A stretch of DNA of 64,000 nt from positions 256,001 to 320,000 of the forward strand of contig CP000067.1 of NCBI GenBank assembly GCA_000002445.1, given 5' to 3'. Shown here piece after piece: positions 44,197 to 54,820 of the stretch. The first letter of the stretch is position 1, and each line of letters starts with the position of its first letter. This DNA comes from Trypanosoma brucei. Its lineage: Eukaryota. Both the position numbers and the translations under genes were made by a program. The notes below the pieces were generated by a model that saw only the letters and a list, made by a program, of their open reading frames with translations, ran no database searches and was not told the DNA's origin.

Positions 44197-45942
44197 CTAG
44201 AGTATACCATTCTGGAGAGTTTGGAACTGATCGTACCGCCTCGTCCTCCAGTTGTCCACACTACCGACAATGAGTTCCTTAATATAAAGTGCAAAATCTC
44301 CCTCGTCCTCTAGATCCAAACGAAAGCGGGACCGCAGTTGCTGGATGGCAACTTCAGGAGAGGCCCCGAAACAAGGCAAAGTGTTGTAAGGCGTCATTAG
44401 CGAGACAAGTGCTACGATATCATCAGCTTTCTCGCGTATGGCTCTCATCCCCAAGAAGAACAATAGCTTAAAGTAATTAAATGGTGAACTTCCAACACCT
44501 CCCATTACTTCAAGGAGCTCTTGTGACAGTTTGAAAGGGGCTGATTCGAAGTTGACACCACCGGGAGATGTGACGAGCATAAAACCAAAGTCTATGTGCA
44601 CCAAACGGCCGTCTGCCCTTATCAAAATGTTCCCGTTGTGTCTATCTTTCACCTGAAGGATATAGGTAAAGATACTGTAACCAGCCATTGTCTCCACGAA
44701 ATTTCGCTGAGCCTCCCTATATCTTTGGGAACCCTTGCCACCAAAGGCCTCATTGAAGAACTGGGGAAGGTACGCCATCTGACATGACTTCTTGATTCCA
44801 TCAATGGAACAGGCACCCTCTACACACTCAATAATTCCAGAATCCACACCGACGGCAAGTGCCCTATAGGGGACAAGAGAGCATGTAAGTCCGGCATTCT
44901 TCCATATATTGTTGAAGAGGTCAACAAGTTGTAACGCCAACTCCTCTTGCCGCAAATTATCTCCACCTTTGACCACAAATGTGGCTGTACCCCAATTAGG
45001 ATGCCTCCCAAAGAATGACTTCTCGCGCAGACGAGCAGCTCGTTCCTCCGGAAGCTCTCCAAAGACCTTCCGAAACAACTTCATGTCAGGGGAAGCGGAC
45101 TTGATCGCAGTTACCTCCCCTCCTACATCTTCCCCCCTTCGGTCCAGCGACTGCTCCTCCATCAATTCATCTGATTCCGCCGAAATTTTAAACTTTCCAT
45201 TGGGAAGTCGTAACTTAGATGTAGTTGGGTCATTGACAGTTGCAGTGGAATCAACAATGACTTCGCATCGAAGGAGAAACGGCGCTCTCTCACGAGAAAA
45301 GAATACGACACTATCTTCAACAACGATGTTTACAATCCACTTTACCGGATCGTCATTACAACCCAAAGGGCATATGAGTGACTGCGACCTCAGTGATTTG
45401 TTGATTTCATCCAGCTCCTTCTTTAGCTCATGTTGTCGCCGATCTCTCTTGGTGAACGAAATTAAATGTTTACTCAAGTTGGTGATAAGATTGAGGAATG
45501 CTCTCTCATCGTTGAAAAGCTTAAGTCGCAGTTCCTTGCGCCTAATCTCTTCCTCTACCCCGTCAGTGTTGTTGGTTCGATCTGCTACACCCTTGCGGTT
45601 GATGGCAAAACTCTCGATCTTGTCGTGCACTTCCTTCACGCGCCCTCCAAGCCCAACGGCCGAAAACACGTCGCGTACCGAGTCCACTGTCCATGAGAGC
45701 CGCAACGCCAAGGTAAAAGATCGCCCCGCCAGCCAATGCATAAAACGTCGCAGGCGGTTACTTACCTCCGGACCCTTGTGCGTGATACAAGCATGAGATA
45801 TTTGAAGGAAGACCCTTTCAATGGTTGCAAGGGGGAACTCATGCAGATTTTGAACAAGAGCCATTTGCTCATCCTGAGAACCCCTCGGTAGGTACAGCAG
45901 TACCTCCAGAAGCCTGTGAAGACAAAACAAAGCATTCGACAT
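44197..45942 (-). CDS. phosphatidylinositol 4-kinase (type III beta-like PI3/4-kinase catalytic domain)
   Basis: C-terminal catalytic core: GGDNLRQEELALQLVDLFNNIW, IFTYILQVKDRHNGNILI, LVHIDFGFML. ORF-track start 45963 is TTG; ATG at 45942. Confidence 0.75.
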   Translation of the reverse strand: MSNALFCLHRLLEVLLYLPRGSQDEQMALVQNLHEFPLATIERVFLQISHACITHKGPEVSNRLRRFMHWLAGRSFTLALRLSWTVDSVRDVFSAVGLGGRVKEVHDKIESFAINRKGVADRTNNTDGVEEEIRRKELRLKLFNDERAFLNLITNLSKHLISFTKRDRRQHELKKELDEINKSLRSQSLICPLGCNDDPVKWIVNIVVEDSVVFFSRERAPFLLRCEVIVDSTATVNDPTTSKLRLPNGKFKISAESDELMEEQSLDRRGEDVGGEVTAIKSASPDMKLFRKVFGELPEERAARLREKSFFGRHPNWGTATFVVKGGDNLRQEELALQLVDLFNNIWKNAGLTCSLVPYRALAVGVDSGIIECVEGACSIDGIKKSCQMAYLPQFFNEAFGGKGSQRYREAQRNFVETMAGYSIFTYILQVKDRHNGNILIRADGRLVHIDFGFMLVTSPGGVNFESAPFKLSQELLEVMGGVGSSPFNYFKLLFFLGMRAIREKADDIVALVSLMTPYNTLPCFGASPEVAIQQLRSRFRLDLEDEGDFALYIKELIVGSVDNWRTRRYDQFQTLQNGIL

Positions 45943-46413
45943 TGCGTGGGAAAAAGGAAACAAAGATACTCCCCTAAGGTCCCCCCACCACAGGAATCAC
46001 TCGGGCACGCAGTTACTGTCCGCGTCCACTCGGCTTTTCGTGTCGCGGGCATGGGCGGCATTGCGCCATTGTGACATTAAAAAAAAAAGCAAAGAAAGAA
46101 ATTAAATAGGAGGCAAACCAAACAGAAGACTTTAAAAAAAGGACAAAACTCAGAGGCAAAAAACTAACTGTAGGTCACATAAAGATGTAGGTTTTACATC
46201 ACCACGACGGAGGAAAGAAGAAAAATAACCTGTTCGGCCCAGCGTCTTCCCCACCGGGAAGCATCGTAGTTCGCGCCATTCAATGTACAACATTAGAAAG
46301 AATGAAAGAGTTCCGTGAGCAGTGATACAAGCTCCACCCATAACGACTTGTTAACGCTGTGAATTCATAAAACAAGGGGAAGCTACCAACGGCCAACGCG
46401 AAGTAACGGTTAG

Positions 46414-48639
46414 TTACTCCAACGTCCATCCCTTCCTGGAAACAACCATTTCTTCTTTCAAAAAACTCTCCTGTAGCGATGATGACGTCTTCGCCACCTT
46501 GTCAAATAGGCCCTTTTCATCGTCGTCGTATTGGGACACGACGTCAACAGTTTTTACCTCGACCGGAAATGCCGGGAGAGGTCGCAACATGTGATGATCC
46601 TTCCCCAAACTTTTCAGCAACCCCTCCGTGCCTGAATATCGTCTTAAGAAAGATGACTTCTTACGCAGGGCATTGTCGTACGGTACATCGATCCGGGCGT
46701 TGTGCGGCTGCGTTAACTTCAACGGGAGCCACTGCGCTGGGTTGCCACTGTTCTCACCCTTCCACTCAGCCAGTGGAGGAAGGCTCTTTTTCATCCTCGA
46801 AGAGCCAACAGCGAGAAGGTAAGGAATGTCAGGAAGAGTGTTCCTTGCTTCATGCCGTCTTAACAGCACCGTTGCCAAGGCCGAAACAAACTCTGAAAAT
46901 GAGATACCTTGGGCGCTCTCTAATGTTTCTGCGCCTTTCAATGGGATTCTTTCCTCCGACCCCTCTAATTTCGATTTTGCGAATAAAAAACAATGGTCCT
47001 TTGTACCGGAGGTAATAATACACAATTCAGCACAAGCATCATCAAACCTTTCTACAGGCAGCAAATCGTTCGCCGCGTGATGTGAAAATGCCGTCCTCAA
47101 CACCTCCATTTGGGGAGGCAAAATTACTTGCTCAAAGGGAGACTCCAGGAGAGGGACACTTTTAGTTTCGAATGTTGTGCTACCCTTTACGTCGCGTATG
47201 GATATTGTTACATCTTTGTTTGGTCTCAGCAGAAGCTTCCCCTCATCCCCATACGTGACAAATTCTACCTTTGTTCCGTCAATGGAAATATTCCACATGC
47301 TTTTTGGAATAACAACCTCTACGATGTTGGGAGCACGCTGAAATGCATTGGCGCGTTGCTCATCAACGTACACCGTACAGCGCTGAACGCCGTAAATTGG
47401 TAGGCTGTACTCCGCTGGAGTGGGACGAATGAGCTCCTCTTCAAAAAGCTTAGCAGCCATACCGGTGGTAGATGTGGGTGCTTTTGCAGCGCTTTCCTGC
47501 TTGTCCATTAAAGGAATATCGTCAAACCCATCCTCCGGAAATTTTAGTATGCGAGGAGGGTATCCCTTCCCCGGATCGGGTGTGTCACATGGCCAGTCAT
47601 CCACCGTTAAGTTCCATCCTGAAATAAGAAAAGACGACAACTTGTTCAGAGGTACCTCTGCAGGAAACACCAGATTAGCCGAAGGAGTAATGGAGGCGAA
47701 TTTGTTGTCTTTAATGGGATCTGATACCATCGGAACACCGAGGAACTTGCAATAGTAATCCTCAAACGCGGCCCACACTTTGGCCGTAAAGGGGCGGTGG
47801 TGTTTGTGCTGCGACTCGTTAGAAAAAGCAACTATCGCCAACATTAAAAGGGCCTCTGCGAACGAGTGCAACTCCAGAGCTGCTCGAGTTTCTTTATCGA
47901 CATCTGGATGAACATACTTCATTAACTTGTGTATACCAGTGAATCCATCATACGTGAACACAGAAAGCGCCGCATTCCTTTGAGAAGGAGAGAAATGTGG
48001 AAAGATATCGTCAACCATCCCCTCAAAAGATGGACGATATATCCTGCCGCACTCGGCGTAGCGATCAAACAGAGGAAAAACTATCGAATCAGCTGAAGCT
48101 GCCAGTATATGCGTAATCAAGCGGTTGGCGTACGGTGTCCAGCTATTCTTCCTAGAGTCCAACGATACAACCATTCTTTTCAATACGATGGACCTGCTGA
48201 TGAATGGCTTGAAGAAGCGGCGCATGGTGTATGTTACGCTCGAGTGGATTTTTCCCTGTTCCTCTGCACACAAAGTTACGGCTTCGGAAATTGGATGATC
48301 GTCCTCTAACATTTCAGAGAAGCGCTGTGCCTGGTAACATCGTATACATACCACATTCATAATGGTAATAAACCCGTCGATATCCATGGTAAGATCAAGG
48401 GCGTTTTTCGTTTCACCACCTTTTCCACCCTCGTTGCAACTCCGTTGCAAGCCATGATGCTGCCACAGTGCCCCAAGCAATACCTGGTAGATACCAGTGA
48501 CAGGGCCGACGACGCCAGCAGAGCGTAGAAGCGTCATGAATCCGACATACGTCAAGCGCTGCCTCCGCAAAGACTCGCCGTGACTAAGAGCAATGTCAAA
48601 CAAGAGCCCCCAGTTAGTTTCCTCACTCCTACATGTCAT
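46414..48639 (-). CDS. hypothetical protein (about 741 aa)
   Basis: Uninterrupted 2.2-kb minus ORF. ORF-track start 48654 is TTG; ATG at 48639. No confident domain. Confidence 0.6.
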   Translation of the reverse strand: MTCRSEETNWGLLFDIALSHGESLRRQRLTYVGFMTLLRSAGVVGPVTGIYQVLLGALWQHHGLQRSCNEGGKGGETKNALDLTMDIDGFITIMNVVCIRCYQAQRFSEMLEDDHPISEAVTLCAEEQGKIHSSVTYTMRRFFKPFISRSIVLKRMVVSLDSRKNSWTPYANRLITHILAASADSIVFPLFDRYAECGRIYRPSFEGMVDDIFPHFSPSQRNAALSVFTYDGFTGIHKLMKYVHPDVDKETRAALELHSFAEALLMLAIVAFSNESQHKHHRPFTAKVWAAFEDYYCKFLGVPMVSDPIKDNKFASITPSANLVFPAEVPLNKLSSFLISGWNLTVDDWPCDTPDPGKGYPPRILKFPEDGFDDIPLMDKQESAAKAPTSTTGMAAKLFEEELIRPTPAEYSLPIYGVQRCTVYVDEQRANAFQRAPNIVEVVIPKSMWNISIDGTKVEFVTYGDEGKLLLRPNKDVTISIRDVKGSTTFETKSVPLLESPFEQVILPPQMEVLRTAFSHHAANDLLPVERFDDACAELCIITSGTKDHCFLFAKSKLEGSEERIPLKGAETLESAQGISFSEFVSALATVLLRRHEARNTLPDIPYLLAVGSSRMKKSLPPLAEWKGENSGNPAQWLPLKLTQPHNARIDVPYDNALRKKSSFLRRYSGTEGLLKSLGKDHHMLRPLPAFPVEVKTVDVVSQYDDDEKGLFDKVAKTSSSLQESFLKEEMVVSRKGWTLE

Positions 48640-50803
48640 CGCAACGAGAGGCAAGCACCTTATACAAATTATTCGGGCTTGAAGAGCAGTGTTTTAAAAA
48701 AGTCAAAAGAAGAAGGGACATGTAACGAAGCAGCAAATATAATAATCAGTGGAGAAGAAAGCCGGGAATAGACATAGCAGGAGTTAATGAGACGCTGCCG
48801 GAACACAGCCAATAAATGTTGGCCAGTGGAGCTCCTCTAGTGACACGCAACCTTAATCTCTTTCCAGATATGAAACTCCCATTCCAACGCACTTTAGCTC
48901 ATAGCGCACCACCACCACCACTAGCTCACGCCACAGCGCGGGTACGACGGTACTGCTGGGATTGCGTTTGAACTTTTGCCCTCTGTAGTGGCGTTGAGAC
49001 CGAAGTAACTAGTGTGTCAGGTAAACTCAACAGCAAACAGAGATATGATAACGACTACGCGCCAACTCCTGCGTCCACAAGTACTTCGCCACATTCCAAG
49101 CTCACAACTGAAACTTAAATGATAGCCAAAGAGTCTAATCCAACACCTCTACACGTTGAGTCAGCTGCAGCCCATCCTGGTCACTCGTCAACGGAAAACA
49201 CAAGTGCACACCACTGAGAGCTGCTGGGAAGTCAAAACTGTAAGTAGACTGCATACCTCAATCCTCAGTCCTTTGTGTGTGTTCAACCTCCAGACACGTA
49301 GCATATACACAACTTTGCGCGCACAGATTGTTCCAGCCCCACCCATACACCACCAAAAACGTCAAGAATGTTCCCTCCCCCGCTCTGCCGTCTGTCACAC
49401 CTAATCTTCATCCCTCAACACCACAGCCACCTCTCCGCACACTGCTGCAGCAGTTGATGGCTGTGGTCAATCAGACCAACCTCCAACCGACACTGTTAAC
49501 ACCGCACCACTCTCGAATTAGTGAAAAGATGACATGCGTCGTCCAGTCGGTCGAACAACAAATATTGCAGGTCTACACCATCACGCAGGCAAACCAGCAG
49601 AATCCCACAACTTACCCAACAATAAGTGAAGCAATGCTCATCAGCGGTGTCAGGACTTTCTCTCCCGTAGCAAAAAGCCAACTATGATGTGTCACGGAGC
49701 CCCCTAGTACTCTTCCTAAACCCCACAGCAACCGTGCGTGGAGCGGGCCCAACACAATTTGAAGCTCTCTAGGCGCTTCAACAAACTGTGAAGTGCCTTC
49801 GTTTCTTCCTTCGCATGCATTTGCAAACAGAGCACAGCACCCGACTCGTTGCTGTCAACCTCAAACTGATATCTCGGCAGTTCTCCCCTTATGAAAGTAC
49901 CGGCCTTCCGATGGGAAAAGGTATATCAGCGAGAGGACATTGCGAAATATATCCGAACGACACAGCCTGAAATCAGTGCAAAACGTCGTACCGCTCCTCT
50001 CCATCCGTCTACCGCAAATAACTGGCGAGCAGATGTTTTGCGTGACCTGCAGGTTGCATCGAAATGTTGAGAGAATGAACAACATGTAACCAAGGTAATA
50101 CCAGCCCCCGTTCACACCTGTGAAACGATATCCATGTACGTACTGTTCAAAAGCAGACTTACCAAGCCATATAGCAGGGGTGAGGATCCGTTGCAAAGCG
50201 AAGGGGACAGACGACGTATAAAGGGTAAAAGCGAAAGGCACAACAAGGGATATTTCACCGCAGTAGCACCATAGCTACGCCTAAGCCCAGTACGAGCCCA
50301 TATAGCAACAGAGCCGTTGACCATCGCGCAAAAAACGAGTTTAATCGCGCATGAGTTGAGAGTCTACGTCCAGCAACTGACCGAAGGGTGCGACGTAGGG
50401 TTGAAACAAAAACCAAGTGGTGGTCACCTACGACAATACAGCGCCTTAATGTGCGGCAAAGATCGTCCAATTAGAGCCTAGGTAATCCCCGAACTCACAC
50501 ACGTGGTGTACATGAAGCTATGTAGTACAAACATCGAACGCCTATGAACATATCAACCATTTAAATGTACCATCTCGACCGAATGTCGCGAATTTGTGCG
50601 CGCAAGACCGACCAAACAACACAAAACTGAGCTAGTGATAGAACCAAGGCCACTGAACTGGGTACGGTTAAGGGGCGTTTTGTGATACTCTACACCGTCC
50701 CGACACCTCAAGTGCGTGAATTAAGCAATAAAAAATGCTGCGAGGTTAACCACCGAAACAGCAACCCTGCGGATCGGTACCCGCACCGGACGTCGATACT
50801 CTA

Positions 50804-53530
50804 TCACGACCATTTTTTAAGGAAAGGGTTGACGAGCACGTCCGGGTCGTCTGAAGAATCCCTCTTCCCCTCGACGACAGGAGGTATATCGCCACCCCAA
50901 ACGTGTCTCGTGGGCTGCGGAGAACCAGCTTGGTGACGCTGCGTGAAGTTCAGTGGCGCTGCGGGATACCCCGCGCTTGCTGCCGTTGGTGGTTTTGGAT
51001 GTGCTAACGAAGTCTTACTGGGCCCCATGCTTAGCTGTTTCACGGCAGAAGTTGGAACGGGCGCAAGATTCACCACAGGGGGCAGTGGGGCCGACACGCC
51101 TGCTGCAGCACCCGGAAATAGTTCCGCGGGACCACTCTGTGGTCCACCTTTAATAGGGTGGACTTCAGCCGCCTGATCTCCATGATGCTGCAGGTTCGTT
51201 GAAACCCTTCCAGCACATTGGAATTGCACTTCATTCGCTGATACCCTTTCCGTTTTAAAGTGTCTCCTTTGCTTCCAGCATTGTTGCAAAAATCCAGACG
51301 CGCTGACAGCAACAATACTAATAACTGTGAAAAAAAGTGTGCTCATATTTATCGAAGACGTTTCGCCTCCGTAAGTTCCCACATCACCACCAGCGAACGG
51401 GTTAGCATCGAGGGTTTGAGACTGCCCTGGAGCAGGTGTATTGCCGTGACTATCACCTACAGTGGTATTATCACTGGCGGTACAGCGGCAACCACCAACC
51501 GAAAAATCAGACTTATCTCGACCCCCTTGAACTGCTTCGTCGGTTAATCCAACAGTGTCCACGATTTTCGCCACAACCTGCCTAAGCTTCATAACACCTT
51601 CACGGCACTCGGGCACCAATTGATTCTGAACAACGCAGCGCCCCCTCATATTATACACATCGTCACCAATCAGGCTGGCGAGTGCGCTCGCGTCGTCAGC
51701 CAACTGCTTCAAAAGCACAACAAAATCCGTTCCATCCTCTCTGGTCTCTTCTAAAGAGACCTTGCCATCCCTCTCATAACGTTTCTGCAACTCAGTTTCA
51801 TCATCATCAGGTTGCTGTGGCTCAGCTTCATTATCATCAGGTTGCTGTGGCTCAGCTTCATTATCATCAGGTTGCTGTGGCTCAGTTTCATTATCATCAG
51901 GTTGCTGTGGCTCAGTTTCCTTATCATCAGGTTGCTGTGGCTCAGCTTCATTATCATCAGGTTGCTGTGCCTCAGTTTCCTTATCATCAGGTTGCTGTGC
52001 CTCAGTTTCATTATCATCAGGTTGCTGTGGTTCAGTTTCCTTATCATCAGGTTGCTGTGCCTCAGTTTCCTTATCATCAGGTTGCTGTGCCTCAGTTTCC
52101 TTGTCATCAGGTTGCTGTGCCTCAGTTTCCTTATCATCAGGTTGCTGTGGTTCAGTTTCCTTATCATCAGGTTGCTGTGCCTCAGTTTCCTTATCATCAG
52201 GTTGCTGTGCCTCAGTTTCCTTGTCATCAGGTTGCTGTGCCTCAGTTTCCTTATCATCAGGTTGCTGTGCCTCAGTTTCATTATCATCAGGTTGCTGTGG
52301 TTCAGTTTCCTTATCATCAGGTTGCTGTGCCTCAGTTTCCTTATCATCAGGTTGCTGTGCCTCAGTTTCCTTGTCATCAGGTTGCTGTGCCTCAGTTTCC
52401 TTATCATCAGGTTGCTGTGCCTCAGTTTCATTATCATCAGGTTGCTGTGCCTCAGTTTCATTATCATCAGGTTGCTGTGGCTCAGTTTCCTTATCATCAG
52501 GTTGCTGTGCCTCAGTTTCATTATCATCAGGTTGCTGTGCCTCAGTTTCATTATCATCAGGTTGCTGTGCCTCAGTTTCATTATCATCAGGTTGCTGTGC
52601 CTCAGTTTCCTTATCATCAGGTTGCTGTGCCTCAGTTTCCTTATCATCAGGTTGCTGTGGCTCAGTTTCCTTGTCATCAGGTTGCTGTGCCTCAGTTTCA
52701 TTATCATCAGGTTGCTGTGCCTCAGTTTCATTATCATCAGGTTGCTGTGCCTCAGTTTCCTTATCATCAGGTTGCTGTGCCTCAGTTTCCTTGTCATCAG
52801 GTTGCTGTGCCTCAGTTTCCTTGTCATCAGGTTGCTGTGCCTCAGTTTCATTGTCATCAGGTTGCTGTGGTTCACTTTCATTATCATCAGGTTGCTGTGC
52901 CTCAGTTTCCTTATCATCAGGTTGCTGTGCCTCAGTTTCCTTATCATCAGGTTGCTGTGGTTCACTTTCATTATCATCAGGTTGCTGTGCCTCAGTTTCC
53001 TTGTCATCAGGTTGCTGTGCCTCAGTTTCATTGTCATCAGGTTGCTGTGGTTCACTTTCATTATCATCAGGTTGCTGTGCCTCAGTTTCCTTATCATCAG
53101 GTTGCTGTGCCTCAGTTTCCTTATCATCAGGTTGCTGTGGTTCACTTTCATTATCATCAGGTTGCTGTGCCTCAGTTTCCTTGTCATCTGGCGGCTTTAC
53201 ACGAGCTGATCCATTGGTGGTGTGTGCTGCATCCCTCTCCTCTTCGTTGTGGTTTTTGGCTCTCATCACTTGGCTGCCGCGGCCCACGTTGTTCTCGTCC
53301 GCCTCCTGACGTCCTTGGGCGCCAGTCTTGAGCTGAGTATCGGTTCTGTGGAGGCCGCCATCGCCTTCGACAGGAAACCGAGGTGCTCTGTTGCTTCTGC
53401 GCACTGCTTTCAATGTCCGTGCCTCGCCCACTTTACCTGTGTTAGCGTGTGCTATACAAGTAGAACACCAGCCTGCAACGCATGACACAACGGTTAACAG
53501 AAGTATCTTTGCGGTGTGGAGATGACGCAT
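50804..53530 (-). CDS. repetitive acidic type I membrane (surface) protein: signal peptide, about 47 copies of a QQPDD(K/N)E(T/S)E(A/P) decapeptide, an about 150-aa domain, TM helix, and a Pro-rich cytoplasmic tail
   Basis: ATG at 53530. N-terminal signal peptide MRHLHTAKILLLTVVSCVAGWCSTCIAHA. TM helix LFFTVISIVAVSASGFLQQCW at about residue 735. It is the only one of six open frames across the repeat with a signal peptide, a TM helix and the strand of the gene array. Confidence 0.75.
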   Translation of the reverse strand: MRHLHTAKILLLTVVSCVAGWCSTCIAHANTGKVGEARTLKAVRRSNRAPRFPVEGDGGLHRTDTQLKTGAQGRQEADENNVGRGSQVMRAKNHNEEERDAAHTTNGSARVKPPDDKETEAQQPDDNESEPQQPDDKETEAQQPDDKETEAQQPDDNESEPQQPDDNETEAQQPDDKETEAQQPDDNESEPQQPDDKETEAQQPDDKETEAQQPDDNESEPQQPDDNETEAQQPDDKETEAQQPDDKETEAQQPDDKETEAQQPDDNETEAQQPDDNETEAQQPDDKETEPQQPDDKETEAQQPDDKETEAQQPDDNETEAQQPDDNETEAQQPDDNETEAQQPDDKETEPQQPDDNETEAQQPDDNETEAQQPDDKETEAQQPDDKETEAQQPDDKETEAQQPDDKETEPQQPDDNETEAQQPDDKETEAQQPDDKETEAQQPDDKETEAQQPDDKETEPQQPDDKETEAQQPDDKETEAQQPDDKETEAQQPDDKETEPQQPDDNETEAQQPDDKETEAQQPDDNEAEPQQPDDKETEPQQPDDNETEPQQPDDNEAEPQQPDDNEAEPQQPDDDETELQKRYERDGKVSLEETREDGTDFVVLLKQLADDASALASLIGDDVYNMRGRCVVQNQLVPECREGVMKLRQVVAKIVDTVGLTDEAVQGGRDKSDFSVGGCRCTASDNTTVGDSHGNTPAPGQSQTLDANPFAGGDVGTYGGETSSINMSTLFFTVISIVAVSASGFLQQCWKQRRHFKTERVSANEVQFQCAGRVSTNLQHHGDQAAEVHPIKGGPQSGPAELFPGAAAGVSAPLPPVVNLAPVPTSAVKQLSMGPSKTSLAHPKPPTAASAGYPAAPLNFTQRHQAGSPQPTRHVWGGDIPPVVEGKRDSSDDPDVLVNPFLKKWS
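51791..53190. repeat. tandem array of about 47 near-identical 30-bp units (consensus plus strand ttatcatcaggttgctgtgcctcagtttcc)
   Basis: Directly visible in the sequence. Units differ at 3-4 positions only (c/a, g/c, a/g), which gives the K/N, T/S and A/P alternations. All six frames are open across it. Confidence 0.95.
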
Positions 53531-53800
53531 CGTTAGGCCACCTTGGGAGTAGCTGATATTGAAGAAAGCACACCCCTTCAGATGATGAACTAAACAACAG
53601 GCTCAACTGTATGAGGTAGGTATTGAAATCCTGGGAAAATGTTGGGCGGGACCCCAACCACCTTACAAAGTGAAGGAGGTAGGAAAAGAAAATAACATGA
53701 TGACTCGGCAAACCACAAAATCTCTGACGCAGCAGTTAAATCAAGCAATAAAAAAGTGTTTCAACCATTGGTACCAAAAACCGGGTCCCTTACACAAATA

Positions 53801-54820
53801 TTAATCCCTACGTAGAGAAAATTCCATGGTGTCACCGGGAACAGTATCTATCCTAACCGGCTCCACACCCATGGTATCTATACTGGTACCAATCCGCATC
53901 ATTGTTCCACCGATGCGTTGCGGCTTCACGGGCGGGAGGTTTCTCAAAGATGGAGGTACCACTGGTGGCGCGTCGTATCCCACTTCTTCGAGTGACAAGC
54001 AAGGCCCCCTGGACCCAGCGCCACCAAGGAGGTCTCGCACGTCGCCTCTGGGATGAGGTACTACTATTTCAATAATATCAAGAGGCTTCATCTCCTTCTT
54101 CACTTCCTTTGCCATAACTTCATGCTTTATTTTCCACACACCTGACCCCTCCAGTGCCGCCTCGTCACGAATTTCCTCCGTGGTTTTTAGAGGTGCTGGG
54201 ATCGACCGAAGAATGTCGTCAGCAGCGGCTTTGGCTATATTAAGATCCTTCGCCTCGCTTTTAAGAAGAATAACCACGTGCTTCATGTTCCTTTCGGATG
54301 CAATATAGAGAGGACTTTTCCCATCTATGTCACAAACTTCAGTCTTCGCGTCCGCCCGAAGCAGGCGGTACACGACCTCGTGAAATCCCGCTTTAGCTGC
54401 AACGAACAGTGGAGTTTCTTTCCTACTGTTACGGGCATTAATATCACCTCCTTTTGCTAATATGATCTCAATGAGAGCAGCGTCACCGATGCGGGAAGCC
54501 AAATGCAGGACAGTCTCTCCGCCGCCGCCATTTACCACATTAGGATTCGCACCCCTTTCCAGCAGCAGCTGCGCAACATCCCTCTTTCCGTTAAAGCACG
54601 CTATGTACAGCGGGGTTTCAAGATCTGAACCCTTTAAATCTGTTTGCGCCCCCAGCTGCAGAATCTCCTTGACGGTGCTAACACCTACCCCCTTCTTCAT
54701 GCATGCGTAGTAGAGTGGCGTGTATCCGTCGGAGTTCGTAGTATTTACGTTGCCACACGACAAGGTGCGACGCAGTGTACCATGGTCCTGGCGGTCAATT
54801 GCATCAAAGGCGGCTTCCAT
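53801..54820 (-). CDS. ankyrin-repeat protein
   Basis: At least 5 ANK repeats (GYTPLYYACMKKG; ETPLYIACFNGKRDVAQLLLERGANPN; ETVLHLASRIGDAALIEIILAKGGDINA; ETPLFVAAKAGFHEVVYRLLRADAK; KSPLYIASE). ATG at 54820. Confidence 0.8.
   Translation of the reverse strand: MEAAFDAIDRQDHGTLRRTLSCGNVNTTNSDGYTPLYYACMKKGVGVSTVKEILQLGAQTDLKGSDLETPLYIACFNGKRDVAQLLLERGANPNVVNGGGGETVLHLASRIGDAALIEIILAKGGDINARNSRKETPLFVAAKAGFHEVVYRLLRADAKTEVCDIDGKSPLYIASERNMKHVVILLKSEAKDLNIAKAAADDILRSIPAPLKTTEEIRDEAALEGSGVWKIKHEVMAKEVKKEMKPLDIIEIVVPHPRGDVRDLLGGAGSRGPCLSLEEVGYDAPPVVPPSLRNLPPVKPQRIGGTMMRIGTSIDTMGVEPVRIDTVPGDTMEFSLRRD

Noticed and set aside
20640-45942. Apparent clustering of lipid and inositol-signalling genes (SPT1, IPK1, two sphingomyelinase-like phosphodiesterases, PI4K) as a possible functional operon.
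   Set aside because: Kinetoplastid polycistrons are not functional operons. Gene order is not co-regulated by pathway, and unrelated genes (V-ATPase, eL21, uL13m, TM9SF) are interspersed. I regard it as coincidence.
49861-50241. 126-aa minus ORF in the 2.1-kb spacer downstream of the repeat-protein gene.
   Set aside because: The tracked start is GTG. The first in-frame ATG leaves only about 74 codons. No domain or conservation signal; treated as UTR.
51682-53331. Four additional long ORFs (549, 478, 465 and 402 aa) on both strands overlapping the 30-bp repeat array, with HYHQVAVPQF, SNLMIRKLRH, LCLSFLIIRL and SGCCASVSLS repeats.
   Set aside because: They are artefacts of a stop-free tandem repeat being open in all six frames. 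None has a signal peptide, a TM helix or a non-repeat domain. Only the minus-strand 908-aa frame is continuous with unique N- and C-terminal domains and matches the strand of the gene array.
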